Source of the DNA: Candidatus Cryptobacteroides sp.
Lineage (GTDB): Bacteria; Bacteroidota; Bacteroidia; Bacteroidales; UBA932
Direction of reading: 5' to 3'
Assembly (NCBI GenBank): GCA_045586745.1
Contig: JAZNAW010000105.1
Span: forward strand, 308-64,307
DNA length: 64,000 bases
Shown piece after piece: positions 36,232-45,752 of the stretch. The position numbers and the translations under genes were made by a program. Each line of letters starts with the position of its first letter. Position 1 is the stretch's first letter. The notes below the pieces were generated by a model that saw only the letters and a program-made list of their open reading frames with translations, did not search any database and was not told the DNA's origin.

Positions 36232-38847
36232 TTAGAAATCAGCATATACTCCGATGCAGAGGCGTCCCCATTTGCTGAGGAAATCCGCATTTTCAGGATG
36301 AGGATATGTAGGTATTCGATAGAAATATACAACTCTGAACAACTGGAATATGTTTTCCAGTCCGGCTCCGATCTCCATGTATGGCTTGTTTCCCTGTAAT
36401 GCCATTGTTCCTTCAGGAAGTTCAAAAAGCCTGTGAGGATGAAGTGCCGGATTATTCTTGTCCGTAAGGCTTCCGTATGCTATGTTGTAACATACGATTT
36501 CTCTCAGCTTCAGCCTCTTCAGTAGAGGAATTCTGTTGAGGAAGAGTCCTTTCATATGCCATGTAAGGTTGGCCTGGACATACTGGTCAGTCACGAACTC
36601 CAGAGCATTCATCGTATGGAATGTTTCTCTTCTGTACGAGAAAGACTGGTTCGAGGCCGGCATCATCAGCAGGTTATAAGGGACCTGATCCCATACCTTG
36701 CCGGCTGTAACCTTTGCATCAAGGAATCCGGCTATGGAAATACGGAATCTCTTGAATATTTCAAGCTGTGTTGAATTGTAAAGGAAACTGTTTCCAGTCT
36801 TGCCGAAGTTCCACTCTCCTCCGTCATATCCTGCTGTACCTATTCTGTGGGTCAGGGTGAAGATAGGTGTGTCCTTGTCGATGTTGGCCCTTTGTGAAAC
36901 GGCATTGAACACGCGTTCTCCAGGAGCCCATCTCAAGCTTGCTCCGAATTCGGTTACCTTGAAGTCCCTTATATATGCAAGCGGATCCTTCGCTCCCTGA
37001 AGACGGTAGTACAATGTTCCGTTGGCAGGAAGTCCGTCCGCCGTATATTCTGTGGCAGGATTGTATGTGTCATTTTCCAGCCACAAGTTACTGCGAAGGC
37101 TGTTTATCCACTGTTTTTCGTAATTCAGCTTGATTTTCTGTATGTACTGATACTTTACTGCACTTTTGGTCTTGAAGGATGTTACGATATCATGCTGTTC
37201 GCCGATTGTTTCCGGACTGAAGATGTCGTAAGTATAAGAAAAGGTCAGGTTGTTGACAGGCTTTTCGTTCTTATGATACTCCTTCTTGTTGAAACTATGT
37301 GTAAGTTCGATGTTACCCTTCATTTTCTGGTCCTTGAATCCGTAGGCAAGATAACCGTTCGCAAACCATCTGTCATTCAGATTGGCGGTGGTCATTCCTC
37401 CCAATCTCACTCGCCATCCTTCCGTATGGTCCCAGCTCAGGAAGCTGAGTACAGGACCGATATCAAACTTCGACACTTCCTTCGACTTTCCGGAAGGAAT
37501 CCATTCTGACACAAAAATATCAATGGCCTTTGTCCAGAAAGTGATGTTGGTGTTCTCCTTGAAGTCCTGGGTAACCTTTTCTATGGCGAGTTCCCTGTTG
37601 TTCAAGGTGGTGATACGGTTCGCTTTCCAATATTCATCGTCCTGCATCTTAGCTTCAGGCAGAACTTTTATAGGACCATCTATCCTGTATGCAGGATTGT
37701 CCGCCAGACTTTCGTCAACCACGAAATTGTCAAAGCTTCTTGTCTGGTGTGCAAATATTCCCTGACTTCCCTCCATGAGGGTAAGGTTTACGTAAGAGTC
37801 TTCTCTTGTCAAAGCCCACAGACCGTCTTCCGTCTGCTGGAATGTCTGGTCAATGCGAAGCTTGTCTATCCAGTTGATATTGCTGCTGGAAGGGAAGTTC
37901 AGCTGTACCTTCTTTATCGAGTACTTGCCGTCTGTAGTTATGTACAGTCTTCCTGTGAATCCGAAACTCTGGCTGTTGAAAGGAACAAAGGCGAGGTCTA
38001 TGCATGGAACCCCCTCCACCTTGACCGTATCCATTATATAATACTTATAATAGGACGTCGCCAGTGTGGAAGATATCGGAGATACGAATCTGTTTGCGAT
38101 GAAGGCTATCTCGTTGTCGAAGATGTCCACACCGGTAAACAGCTGGTCAAGAGTAGCGGTGAGGCCGCCGTTCCGGTCAAGCTCCTCATCCAGACCTATG
38201 TGACGTCCGGCTTTCTGCACCATCTTTTCTGCCTTAGGAGATTTCCTGTAATAATAGTCGCAGATCTTTTCCCTGATTGAAAAGGTCAGTATAGGTTTTC
38301 CTGTAATCTCCGATGTATCGATATGCTCCCGGACGAAATTCATCTTCTTTTTCTTCTCGAGATCCGGAGTATAATCGTCAAGGGACAGTGTCAGTTTCTC
38401 GTGATAGTCGCTTTTGAAATAGTCCTTGGATTCTATCCTGTTCTGTCCTTTGTTTGCGATCACATTGCGGATAAGCTCTACGGCAGGATTTTCCTTCTTT
38501 CTGTATCTCTCTCTCTTTGGCTTGACTACAGCTCCTTCCAGTCTTATCGATTCAGGCTGCATCTTTATCCTGAGATCTGATGTTCTGGCGGAGCTAAGGA
38601 CTATCCGTCTGGTCTTGTATCCGATAGCGTCGACGACAAGTACGTTTTTTCCGGAGTCGTCTGTAAGGAAGAATTCACCGTTATAGTTGGTTACACAGCC
38701 TGTTGAGGTCTTCTCGAAATAGACTGCAATATATTCCATAGGCTTGTTTGTCACGGAATCGACAACGACTCCTCCTGCAGAATGTCTCTGGGCTTCCGCA
38801 GCAAATCCGTATAAAAGAAATAACAGGGGGATGATTAATTTTTTCAT
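36232..38847 (-). CDS. Outer-membrane protein with carboxypeptidase-regulatory-like N-terminal domain and DUF5686 barrel
   Basis: Signal peptide, GCVTNYNGEF, KENPAVELIR, FVSPI, YYKYYI.DT, PYMEIGAGLENIF; C-terminal Phe. Confidence 0.85.
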   Translation of the reverse strand: MKKLIIPLLFLLYGFAAEAQRHSAGGVVVDSVTNKPMEYIAVYFEKTSTGCVTNYNGEFFLTDDSGKNVLVVDAIGYKTRRIVLSSARTSDLRIKMQPESIRLEGAVVKPKRERYRKKENPAVELIRNVIANKGQNRIESKDYFKSDYHEKLTLSLDDYTPDLEKKKKMNFVREHIDTSEITGKPILTFSIREKICDYYYRKSPKAEKMVQKAGRHIGLDEELDRNGGLTATLDQLFTGVDIFDNEIAFIANRFVSPISSTLATSYYKYYIMDTVKVEGVPCIDLAFVPFNSQSFGFTGRLYITTDGKYSIKKVQLNFPSSSNINWIDKLRIDQTFQQTEDGLWALTREDSYVNLTLMEGSQGIFAHQTRSFDNFVVDESLADNPAYRIDGPIKVLPEAKMQDDEYWKANRITTLNNRELAIEKVTQDFKENTNITFWTKAIDIFVSEWIPSGKSKEVSKFDIGPVLSFLSWDHTEGWRVRLGGMTTANLNDRWFANGYLAYGFKDQKMKGNIELTHSFNKKEYHKNEKPVNNLTFSYTYDIFSPETIGEQHDIVTSFKTKSAVKYQYIQKIKLNYEKQWINSLRSNLWLENDTYNPATEYTADGLPANGTLYYRLQGAKDPLAYIRDFKVTEFGASLRWAPGERVFNAVSQRANIDKDTPIFTLTHRIGTAGYDGGEWNFGKTGNSFLYNSTQLEIFKRFRISIAGFLDAKVTAGKVWDQVPYNLLMMPASNQSFSYRRETFHTMNALEFVTDQYVQANLTWHMKGLFLNRIPLLKRLKLREIVCYNIAYGSLTDKNNPALHPHRLFELPEGTMALQGNKPYMEIGAGLENIFQLFRVVYFYRIPTYPHPENADFLSKWGRLCIGVYADF

Positions 38848-38864
38848 GATAGGTTAAGCTTGTT

Positions 38865-39899
38865 TTATAAGTGGTACACGTTTCCGGCTGGGGGAGCTTC
38901 CGTGTTGCCCCATCTGTCGTCTATATAGTCCAGGGTTCCGTACAGTTCTGCCGGGTCGTTCAATGTAACCAGTTTCAATCTGGTTTCCTTGAAGTCCGGA
39001 AGTCCCTTGAAATAGCATGACAGATGCCTGCGCATTTCCAGGATTCCGACGCGGTCTCCCTTTATCTCTATCGATTTCGCAAGATGCCTCTTTGCAAGAG
39101 CCACCCTGTCGTTCACGCTCATCTGCGGAAGGATCTCTCCGGTCTGAAGGTAATGCTTTATTTCTTTGAATATCCACGGGTGTCCGTATGTCGCACGACC
39201 GATCATTATGGCATCGACACCGTAGCGGTCGAAATACTCCTTTGCCTTCTGCGGCGAATTTATGTCGCCATTACCTATTATAGGTATATGCATGCGTGGA
39301 TTTTCCTTGACCTTTCCGATGAGAGTCCAGTCGGCTTCGCCGGTATACATCTGGCAACGGGTGCGTCCGTGGATTGTAAGGGCCTGGATGCCGACATCCT
39401 GAAGCCTTTCCGCAAGTTCCACGATTATCTTCGAATCCTCGTCCCATCCCAGACGTGTCTTGACTGTCACCGGAAGCTTCACGGCTTCAACCACCTGACG
39501 GGTGATCTCCACCATCTTGTCCGGCTCACGCATCATTCCCGAACCTGCTCCTCTGCGTGCAATCTTGTTTACAGGACATCCGAAGTTGATGTCCACAAGG
39601 TCGGCACCGTGTCCTCCTGCAATCTCTGCAGCCCTTTCCGCCATTACTGCCGCATCCACCATCGCCTCCGGAATGTTGCCGTATATCTGGATGCCTATAG
39701 GTGTCTCGTAGTCATAGGTCACAAGTTTCTCCAGAGATTTCCTGGCGTCGCGGATCAGTCCGTCTGAAGATATGAACTCAGTATACATCATGTCAGCTCC
39801 GAATTCCTTGCATATGAAACGGAAGGATGCGTCAGTCACATCCTCCATCGGAGCCAGAAACAGCGGCTTGTCACCTAATTCAATGTTACCTATATTCAT
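38865..39899 (-). CDS. dusB: tRNA-dihydrouridine synthase B
   Basis: [43 protein letters not shown] at 39899; -7 element at 39907-39914. Confidence 0.95.
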   Translation of the reverse strand: MNIGNIELGDKPLFLAPMEDVTDASFRFICKEFGADMMYTEFISSDGLIRDARKSLEKLVTYDYETPIGIQIYGNIPEAMVDAAVMAERAAEIAGGHGADLVDINFGCPVNKIARRGAGSGMMREPDKMVEITRQVVEAVKLPVTVKTRLGWDEDSKIIVELAERLQDVGIQALTIHGRTRCQMYTGEADWTLIGKVKENPRMHIPIIGNGDINSPQKAKEYFDRYGVDAIMIGRATYGHPWIFKEIKHYLQTGEILPQMSVNDRVALAKRHLAKSIEIKGDRVGILEMRRHLSCYFKGLPDFKETRLKLVTLNDPAELYGTLDYIDDRWGNTEAPPAGNVYHL

Positions 39900-39974
39900 A
39901 ATCTGACAAAAGTACAAATAAATTCATATATTTTCATGGATTTTGTACCTTTGTCTATCATAAAACGATTACAA

Positions 39975-40961
39975 ATGGCAAAGATCAGTACAATCGGCGT
40001 CCTGACATCCGGAGGAGACGCACCGGGAATGAATGCGGCGATAAGAGCCGTGACAAGAGCAGCCATCTATAACGGATGGAAGGTGAAAGGCATATATAGA
40101 GGTTGGGAAGGTCTTATCAACAATGAGATCAAGGACTTTACCTCGGAGAGCGTCAGCGGAACCATCAACCGTGGCGGAACCATTCTTCGTACAGCCAGAA
40201 GCAAGGAATTCATGGATGAGGCCGGTCGTGCCAAGGCATATGAGAACATGAAGGCTCATGGCATCGATGCCCTTGTGGTCATCGGCGGCAACGGATCCCT
40301 TGCAGGAGCACAGGCGATTGCATCAGAGCACGACATTCCGTGCGTAGGACTTCCCGGAACTATCGATAACGACCTTTACGGAACAGATACCACTATAGGT
40401 TACAATACCGCCCTGAACACTATCATGGAGTGCGTTGACAAGATCCGTGACACCGCAAACTCCCATAACCGTATCTTCTTCGTAGAGGTGATGGGACGTG
40501 ATGCCGGCTTCCTCGCCCAGAATGCGGCGATCGCCACCGGTGCAGAGGCTGCGATCATACCGGAGGACCAGACGGATGTGGACCAGCTGGCGACCTTCAT
40601 CGGCCGTGGAGTCCGCAAGTGCAAGAACAGTTCGATCGTCCTTGTGTCGGAGAGCAAGAAGGACGGTACAGGCGGAGCACAGTATTATGCGGACCGTCTT
40701 GTGCATGAATATCCCGAGTTCGAAGCGCGAGTGACCATTCTTGGACATCTTCAGCGAGGCGGAATCCCTACGGCAAACGACCGTATCCTTGCAAGCCGCA
40801 TGGGAGTGGCGGCGATAGAGGCCCTCAAGGACGGACAGCGCAATGTAATGATCGGAGTCAAGAACGACCAGATCGTATATGTTCCTTTCAACAAAGCCAT
40901 CCGTATTGCGAAACCTATTGACCGTGAGCTTATAAACGTCCTGAACGTACTTTCTATATAG
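39975..40961 (+). CDS. pfkA: ATP-dependent 6-phosphofructokinase
   Basis: [40 protein letters not shown]. -7 element TACCTTTG at 39946-39953 supports ATG 39975. Confidence 0.97.
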   Translation: MAKISTIGVLTSGGDAPGMNAAIRAVTRAAIYNGWKVKGIYRGWEGLINNEIKDFTSESVSGTINRGGTILRTARSKEFMDEAGRAKAYENMKAHGIDALVVIGGNGSLAGAQAIASEHDIPCVGLPGTIDNDLYGTDTTIGYNTALNTIMECVDKIRDTANSHNRIFFVEVMGRDAGFLAQNAAIATGAEAAIIPEDQTDVDQLATFIGRGVRKCKNSSIVLVSESKKDGTGGAQYYADRLVHEYPEFEARVTILGHLQRGGIPTANDRILASRMGVAAIEALKDGQRNVMIGVKNDQIVYVPFNKAIRIAKPIDRELINVLNVLSI

Positions 40962-40992
40962 TACATTCTGGCTCTATCCTGCATCACTTTGA

Positions 40993-41033
40993 ACAAGTAG
41001 TCTCCACAACTTATCATTGTGGAGACTACTTGT
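40993..41033 (+). terminator. Terminator-like hairpin after pfkA
   Basis: 17-bp perfect stem ACAAGTAGTCTCCACAA/TTGTGGAGACTACTTGT, 7-nt loop. Confidence 0.75.
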
Positions 41034-41081
41034 GTGTTATACCTATATCATTTATAGTCATCTACGAAAATTTAAGAAAAA

Positions 41082-41112
41082 TTTGGAAAAGTCATAGGGG
41101 GGGGTATATTTG
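41082..41112 (+). promoter_or_regulatory. Bacteroidetes consensus promoter with poly-G tract in the spacer
   Basis: TTTG (41082-41085), about 19 nt spacer ending in a run of about 8 G, then TATATTTG; ATG at 41131. Confidence 0.8.
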
Positions 41113-41130
41113 CCTAGTAATTCTATCACT

Positions 41131-41838
41131 ATGAAAAGATGTTGTAATTGCGGTTGGTTTAATCACGATCCCGCTACTTGTTGCGAGAAGTGTGAAGATA
41201 CTTCTTTTGAAATAGAAGACGAACAAATCGACCAGATCCATGAAGTGGATGATCAGGAAGTTGAGGTGGTTCCTGAAACGTCAAAGCCAAATAAAAATGC
41301 TTTTATAGCGGCTACAGTGGCATTTTCTTCATCACAGATGTCTCAACCTGTGGAAGAAAGAGTTGTGGCTGCTGCTGTCGTGGATGCGGATGAATCTGTT
41401 TCCGATGTTGTCTCGTCTGAGGATTCAATTTCATGTCCTAAATGCTGCTATCCTGTATCCGGCGATATTGATTATTGTCCGAATTGCGGTGCGACCATAA
41501 GAAAGCCTGCTCCTGTCGGAGCACAGGCAGAATCATCTTTTGGTCAAAAGACTGTCATGTGTCCGGTGCAAGAGGATTTGATGGAAACTGTTGCAGAAGA
41601 TGCCAAGGGCTTTTCTGTAGCCCAGACAGTTCCTATCGGAGCTGGCGGCGTTCCTGATCTCAAGGTGGGATCCGGCGACCTTAAGGCAACAGTTGCAGAT
41701 ATCGATTCTTTTTGTTCTGATGATGAGTCTGATTGCAGCAGGCTTATCCCTGTTGATGCTTTGGGAGAACCGGATATTCTGCTTCGTCCTGGAGAACAGG
41801 TTGTCATATTGGGAAAGAAATATCGTTTTGTGAAATGA
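41131..41838 (+). CDS. Double zinc-ribbon protein with acidic low-complexity linkers
   Basis: CCNC...CEKC at the N-terminus and CPKC...CPNC centrally; ATG 41131 downstream of the promoter. Confidence 0.85.
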   Translation: MKRCCNCGWFNHDPATCCEKCEDTSFEIEDEQIDQIHEVDDQEVEVVPETSKPNKNAFIAATVAFSSSQMSQPVEERVVAAAVVDADESVSDVVSSEDSISCPKCCYPVSGDIDYCPNCGATIRKPAPVGAQAESSFGQKTVMCPVQEDLMETVAEDAKGFSVAQTVPIGAGGVPDLKVGSGDLKATVADIDSFCSDDESDCSRLIPVDALGEPDILLRPGEQVVILGKKYRFVK

Positions 41839-43184
41839 TGGATTCTGCCCATACCTCTTATTCTTCTACAATCGTGCCGGAGAGGTGCGATTGTCACCCC
41901 GGTGATCTGGTTGCTTCCCGTTACTCCGTTGAAAAGGTGTTAGGGGAAGGCTCTTTCGGTGTGGTATATAAGGTAAAGGATATTGATGGTAGTGTATGGG
42001 CTATGAAACTTCTCAGGCTTTGGGATGTTCCTTCTACGATACGTCAGCCTCTTGTGAGCCGTTTCGAGATGGAGTATAAGACCAGCTGCATCAGGAGCCG
42101 TAATCTTGTACATTCGAAGGACTATGGTTTCTTCAAGGGAAATCCTTTCATCGTTATGGAGTTCTGTGACGGAGGTGACCTTGCGAAATTCATAGGAAAC
42201 AGGAATGCTCCTCTGATAAGTATTGCAAAGGATGTCCTTACCGGACTGAATGACCTTCATATAAATGGAAAGGTTCATCGCGACCTTAAACCGGAGAATG
42301 TTCTTTTCAAGAGTGATGGAACTGCTGTCTTGACGGACTTCGGTATAAGCGGAGACAGAAATAAGAGAATGACCGAAAAGAATATTTTCGGAAAGCCGAC
42401 GCAGATCTTCGGAACTTACGCATATATGCCGCCGGAGCAGGTCTGTCCTGCAAGAGGAAACAGTACAGTGCTTCCTACCACGGACATTTATTCATTTGGC
42501 GTCATGATGTATCAGCTTATTACCGGTGTTCTGCCCTTTGGTAAGCTGGAAGATCAGAATGACCTGGTCCGTTACCAGAAGAGGGGCAAGGCTGGCGATT
42601 GGGATAAACAGAAACTGCTTGATGCTCCTAATGGAAATATGTGGTTTAACCTCATCTCCCAGTGTTTGGTTCCGGATCACAAATTGAGAGTACAGTCGGC
42701 CGTAGCATCCATGTCTCTGGTGCCTAGTTATTATGAACCTCCGATGTTTCAGTCTGCAAAGGCTCCGGTTCAATCGGGCTCGCATAGTTCCGTGTCCACC
42801 TATGTTCCTGCTTCTGATTCCCCTTCCGGAAAGAATCTATTGAGAATAATGCAGGGTAAGGAGTATGGAAAGGAATACTCTCTGGATGAACTGGTGAAGA
42901 CCAGTGGCAGGAAAGTCCTTACTATGGGAAGGGAACGTGTCAACACTATCGTAGTTGCTGATTTTGATGAATCTTATGTGTCTCGCAGACACTGTACGAT
43001 AGAACAGACAGGTGATGACAGTTGGCAGATTCGTGACGGCCAGTGGGATATGGACAGCAGGGAGTGGAGGCATTCAATGAATGGAACTTATGTCAACTCT
43101 GATTCAATAGGGGCGAATGGTCGGAAATTGCATAACGGAGATATCATTACCATCGGTGATATAAAGCTGAAATGTGAACTATAA
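41835..43184 (+). CDS. Cytoplasmic Hanks-type Ser/Thr kinase with C-terminal FHA domain
   Basis: GEGSFG, AMK, HRDLKPEN, DFG, GTYAYMPPE; FHA motifs MGR, VSRRH, SMNGTYVN, LHNGDII; no TM. Confidence 0.95.
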   Translation: MMDSAHTSYSSTIVPERCDCHPGDLVASRYSVEKVLGEGSFGVVYKVKDIDGSVWAMKLLRLWDVPSTIRQPLVSRFEMEYKTSCIRSRNLVHSKDYGFFKGNPFIVMEFCDGGDLAKFIGNRNAPLISIAKDVLTGLNDLHINGKVHRDLKPENVLFKSDGTAVLTDFGISGDRNKRMTEKNIFGKPTQIFGTYAYMPPEQVCPARGNSTVLPTTDIYSFGVMMYQLITGVLPFGKLEDQNDLVRYQKRGKAGDWDKQKLLDAPNGNMWFNLISQCLVPDHKLRVQSAVASMSLVPSYYEPPMFQSAKAPVQSGSHSSVSTYVPASDSPSGKNLLRIMQGKEYGKEYSLDELVKTSGRKVLTMGRERVNTIVVADFDESYVSRRHCTIEQTGDDSWQIRDGQWDMDSREWRHSMNGTYVNSDSIGANGRKLHNGDIITIGDIKLKCEL

Positions 43185-43218
43185 TAACTTTATTAATACA
43201 TACTTAAAACCAACTATT

Positions 43219-44184
43219 ATGGAAGCAAACTACAAAAGAACCGTAGCTGGTTCAGTCGGAGCCGGAGTGGCTGCCGTATTCAATGCTTCTGGACGCCAGT
43301 ATTACATTCTGGAGCACAAGACAGAGTCTGTGTACCACCATGCCGGAGAGTCTCAGAAGATCATTGTAGACCAGGTGGAACTTGGACGTGACTCTTCTTG
43401 CCAGGTACGTTTTGACGAGTCATTTGAGACAGTGAGCCGCCGTCATGCAGCTATCGTCAAAGAGGGAGAGAATTGGAAAATCATCGCACTTTCCCAGACA
43501 AACTCTACACTTGTAAATGGAATGCCTGTTCAGGGAGAAAGAGTACTTTCTTCAGGAGATGAGATCCGTCTTTCTTCAAAGGGTCCTCTTATGGGATTCA
43601 TCGTTCCTCAGGGCAAACAGAGTCTGGTAAGCAGCATCGGAATGACTGAACGTCTCAACCTCTTCCGTCAGCAGGCTCTTCAGCCATACAAGCGTGCGCT
43701 TTGGATTATGGCTGTGGTTCTCATTCTGGCAGTCGGTGGACTTGTTGGATGGAATATATATCAGGCTAACAAGTTCGAGGCAGAAATGGCTGAAAAGCAG
43801 AATCAGATTGATCAGGTTCAGGAGAATCTTGCTGTCAGCGATGAACTCATAGAGACTCTCAATGCTGAGCTTGAGGCAGCTCAGGAACAGACTGCAGCAG
43901 AGCGTGCCCGTATCCAGAAGAAACTCAATGATGCAAAGGCTGAACGTGACGTTCTTATCGAAGAGGCAAATACACTTCGCAATGAATTGAAAGCAACCGT
44001 TGATGAAGCTGGAAAGTCAAGCGAAGAGGTTCAGTCTAAGATTAAGGATCTGGAAAAACAACTTGAGCAAGAGGCAATGAAGAAAGCAGAAGAAGCAAAG
44101 AAGGCGGAAGATGCCAAGTCTTCATCACTCAACAGCATCATCAATCGTAATACTCAGGAAAAACCGAAACTCAAGAAATTTTAA
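43219..44184 (+). CDS. FHA domain - TM - periplasmic coiled-coil protein
   Basis: LGRDSSC, VSRRHA, TNSTLVNG, LSSGDEIRL; TM ALWIMAVVLILAVGGLVGW; long heptad C-terminus. ATG 43219 preferred. Confidence 0.9.
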   Translation: MEANYKRTVAGSVGAGVAAVFNASGRQYYILEHKTESVYHHAGESQKIIVDQVELGRDSSCQVRFDESFETVSRRHAAIVKEGENWKIIALSQTNSTLVNGMPVQGERVLSSGDEIRLSSKGPLMGFIVPQGKQSLVSSIGMTERLNLFRQQALQPYKRALWIMAVVLILAVGGLVGWNIYQANKFEAEMAEKQNQIDQVQENLAVSDELIETLNAELEAAQEQTAAERARIQKKLNDAKAERDVLIEEANTLRNELKATVDEAGKSSEEVQSKIKDLEKQLEQEAMKKAEEAKKAEDAKSSSLNSIINRNTQEKPKLKKF

Positions 44185-44206
44185 TTAACAACTAAAGTTC
44201 ATTATT

Positions 44207-44629
44207 ATGAAAAGGATTATTTCAGTTATCGTGATAGCTGTTTCAGCTATCGTTTTCTCATCTTGCGCAGTAGCTCAGTGGCGTAAAGACGTGCATCTTT
44301 CATACGATCAGATTACTACTGACGCTTCTACAAAGCAGTTCCTCAAGGCTTCGAAGGTAAATCAGATTGAGATTCTCAACTATCTTATCGATCAGGCCGA
44401 GAAGCACTACCTTGCATGTGAGACTATAGAGGAACTTTATGATGTAAAGGAGCACCTTGTAATTATAAAGTCTCTCAATGATCAGGCTAAGCAGAAATCA
44501 ACTTCTGTCACTCATGAAATACGAGTTCTTGACAATAAAATAACCCAGACAGAGGCTGAATATAAGGGAGAAAAGGTGATTGAGGCTACACGTACTGAAT
44601 ATAGTACGTGGGGACAGGAACTTAACTAA
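44207..44629 (+). CDS. Small helical lipoprotein
   Basis: Lipobox VFSSC; 140 aa. Confidence 0.8.
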   Translation: MKRIISVIVIAVSAIVFSSCAVAQWRKDVHLSYDQITTDASTKQFLKASKVNQIEILNYLIDQAEKHYLACETIEELYDVKEHLVIIKSLNDQAKQKSTSVTHEIRVLDNKITQTEAEYKGEKVIEATRTEYSTWGQELN

Positions 44630-44656
44630 TCAATACCCTTGATTATTAAATATCTG

Positions 44657-44686
44657 GTATGGTGGCAGCCTATACTGCCACCATAC
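44657..44686 (+). other. Intra-operon stem-loop
   Basis: 12-bp stem GTATGGTGGCAG/CTGCCACCATAC, 6-nt loop, no clear U tract. Confidence 0.7.
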
Positions 44687-44710
44687 TATTCATAATAAAA
44701 AACTTTTAAT

Positions 44711-45751
44711 ATGTCTGACATTTCCTTTAAAATGACCGTAGCGACCAATGTGGGATTGGTTCGTACAAACAATGAAGACAATTTTATTGTAAATCCGGAT
44801 CTTACCAAGCCGAATAACTGGTATGTTCCGTCAAGTTCAAATGAAGTCCTTTCATTGGGAGCGGATGGTTGCGTCATGGTCGTTGCTGACGGTATGGGTG
44901 GTATGAATGCAGGCGAAGTTGCGTCAGAAATAGCTGTCAACCATATAAAGGAGGCATTCTCGAAAGTCAAGGACTTTTCTAAGATTCATGATTGCAGCAA
45001 TCACGTTGAAGCGTTCCTTAAGGAATGCATCGTAAATGCGGATGTAGCCATAAAGAAAAGAGTCCATGAGGATCCGGAAACTTCTGGAATGGGTACAACC
45101 ATTGTCGTTGCGTGGATTGTCGGAAACATAGCCCATGTGGCATGGTGTGGTGACTCAAGAGCATATTCGTTTAACCGCAGCTCAGGTCTTAGCCGTCTTA
45201 CCAAGGATCATTCTTATGTTCAGCAGCTTGTCGATTCAGGACAGCTTGATCCGGAGTTGGCTTTTGACCATCCCAACAGTAATATAATAACAAGAAGTTT
45301 AGGTGATTCGGCTTCCAAGGCCAAGCCGGATTATGTCTGCAAACGTATATCTGAAGGAGATTACATACTTCTCTGTACGGATGGTTTGTGTGGCCTTGTA
45401 AGAGATGATGAGACTCTGGATATCCTCATGCGCCCGGATATTGGCCTTGAAGGATACAGACAGGCACTTTTCAGTGCCGCATTCGAGGCGGGCGGATACG
45501 ACAATGTGACTATTGCATTGTTTGAATGTGTGGGCATGAAAGAAGATGAAGACAGTTTTGGCGGAAAAACACTTTCGCCGGACGAGATGGAAAAGAAAAA
45601 GAGAAGCAAGAAGAACGGTAGGATGCTCAAAGTCATTATAGCGATTGTAGCAGTTCTTCTCATATTGGCGGCAGCCGTTTTCCTGTTAGATATAGTTACT
45701 ATCGGTGAAGCAGGCAATATACAGTTTAATCTGAAATCAATATCATTGTAA
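44711..45751 (+). CDS. PP2C/PPM family Ser/Thr phosphatase with C-terminal TM
   Basis: VGLVRTNNEDN, VADGMGG..AGEVAS, MGTT, GDSRAY, TKDHS, ITRSLG, CTDGL, GYDNVT; TM after a basic patch. Confidence 0.96.
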   Translation: MSDISFKMTVATNVGLVRTNNEDNFIVNPDLTKPNNWYVPSSSNEVLSLGADGCVMVVADGMGGMNAGEVASEIAVNHIKEAFSKVKDFSKIHDCSNHVEAFLKECIVNADVAIKKRVHEDPETSGMGTTIVVAWIVGNIAHVAWCGDSRAYSFNRSSGLSRLTKDHSYVQQLVDSGQLDPELAFDHPNSNIITRSLGDSASKAKPDYVCKRISEGDYILLCTDGLCGLVRDDETLDILMRPDIGLEGYRQALFSAAFEAGGYDNVTIALFECVGMKEDEDSFGGKTLSPDEMEKKKRSKKNGRMLKVIIAIVAVLLILAAAVFLLDIVTIGEAGNIQFNLKSISL

Positions 45752-45752
45752 T

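Noticed and set aside
40962-41130. Integration site or mobile element boundary for the island
   Set aside because: No tRNA, integrase, transposase or flanking direct repeat seen; only the pfkA hairpin and a promoter. The right boundary may lie outside the window.
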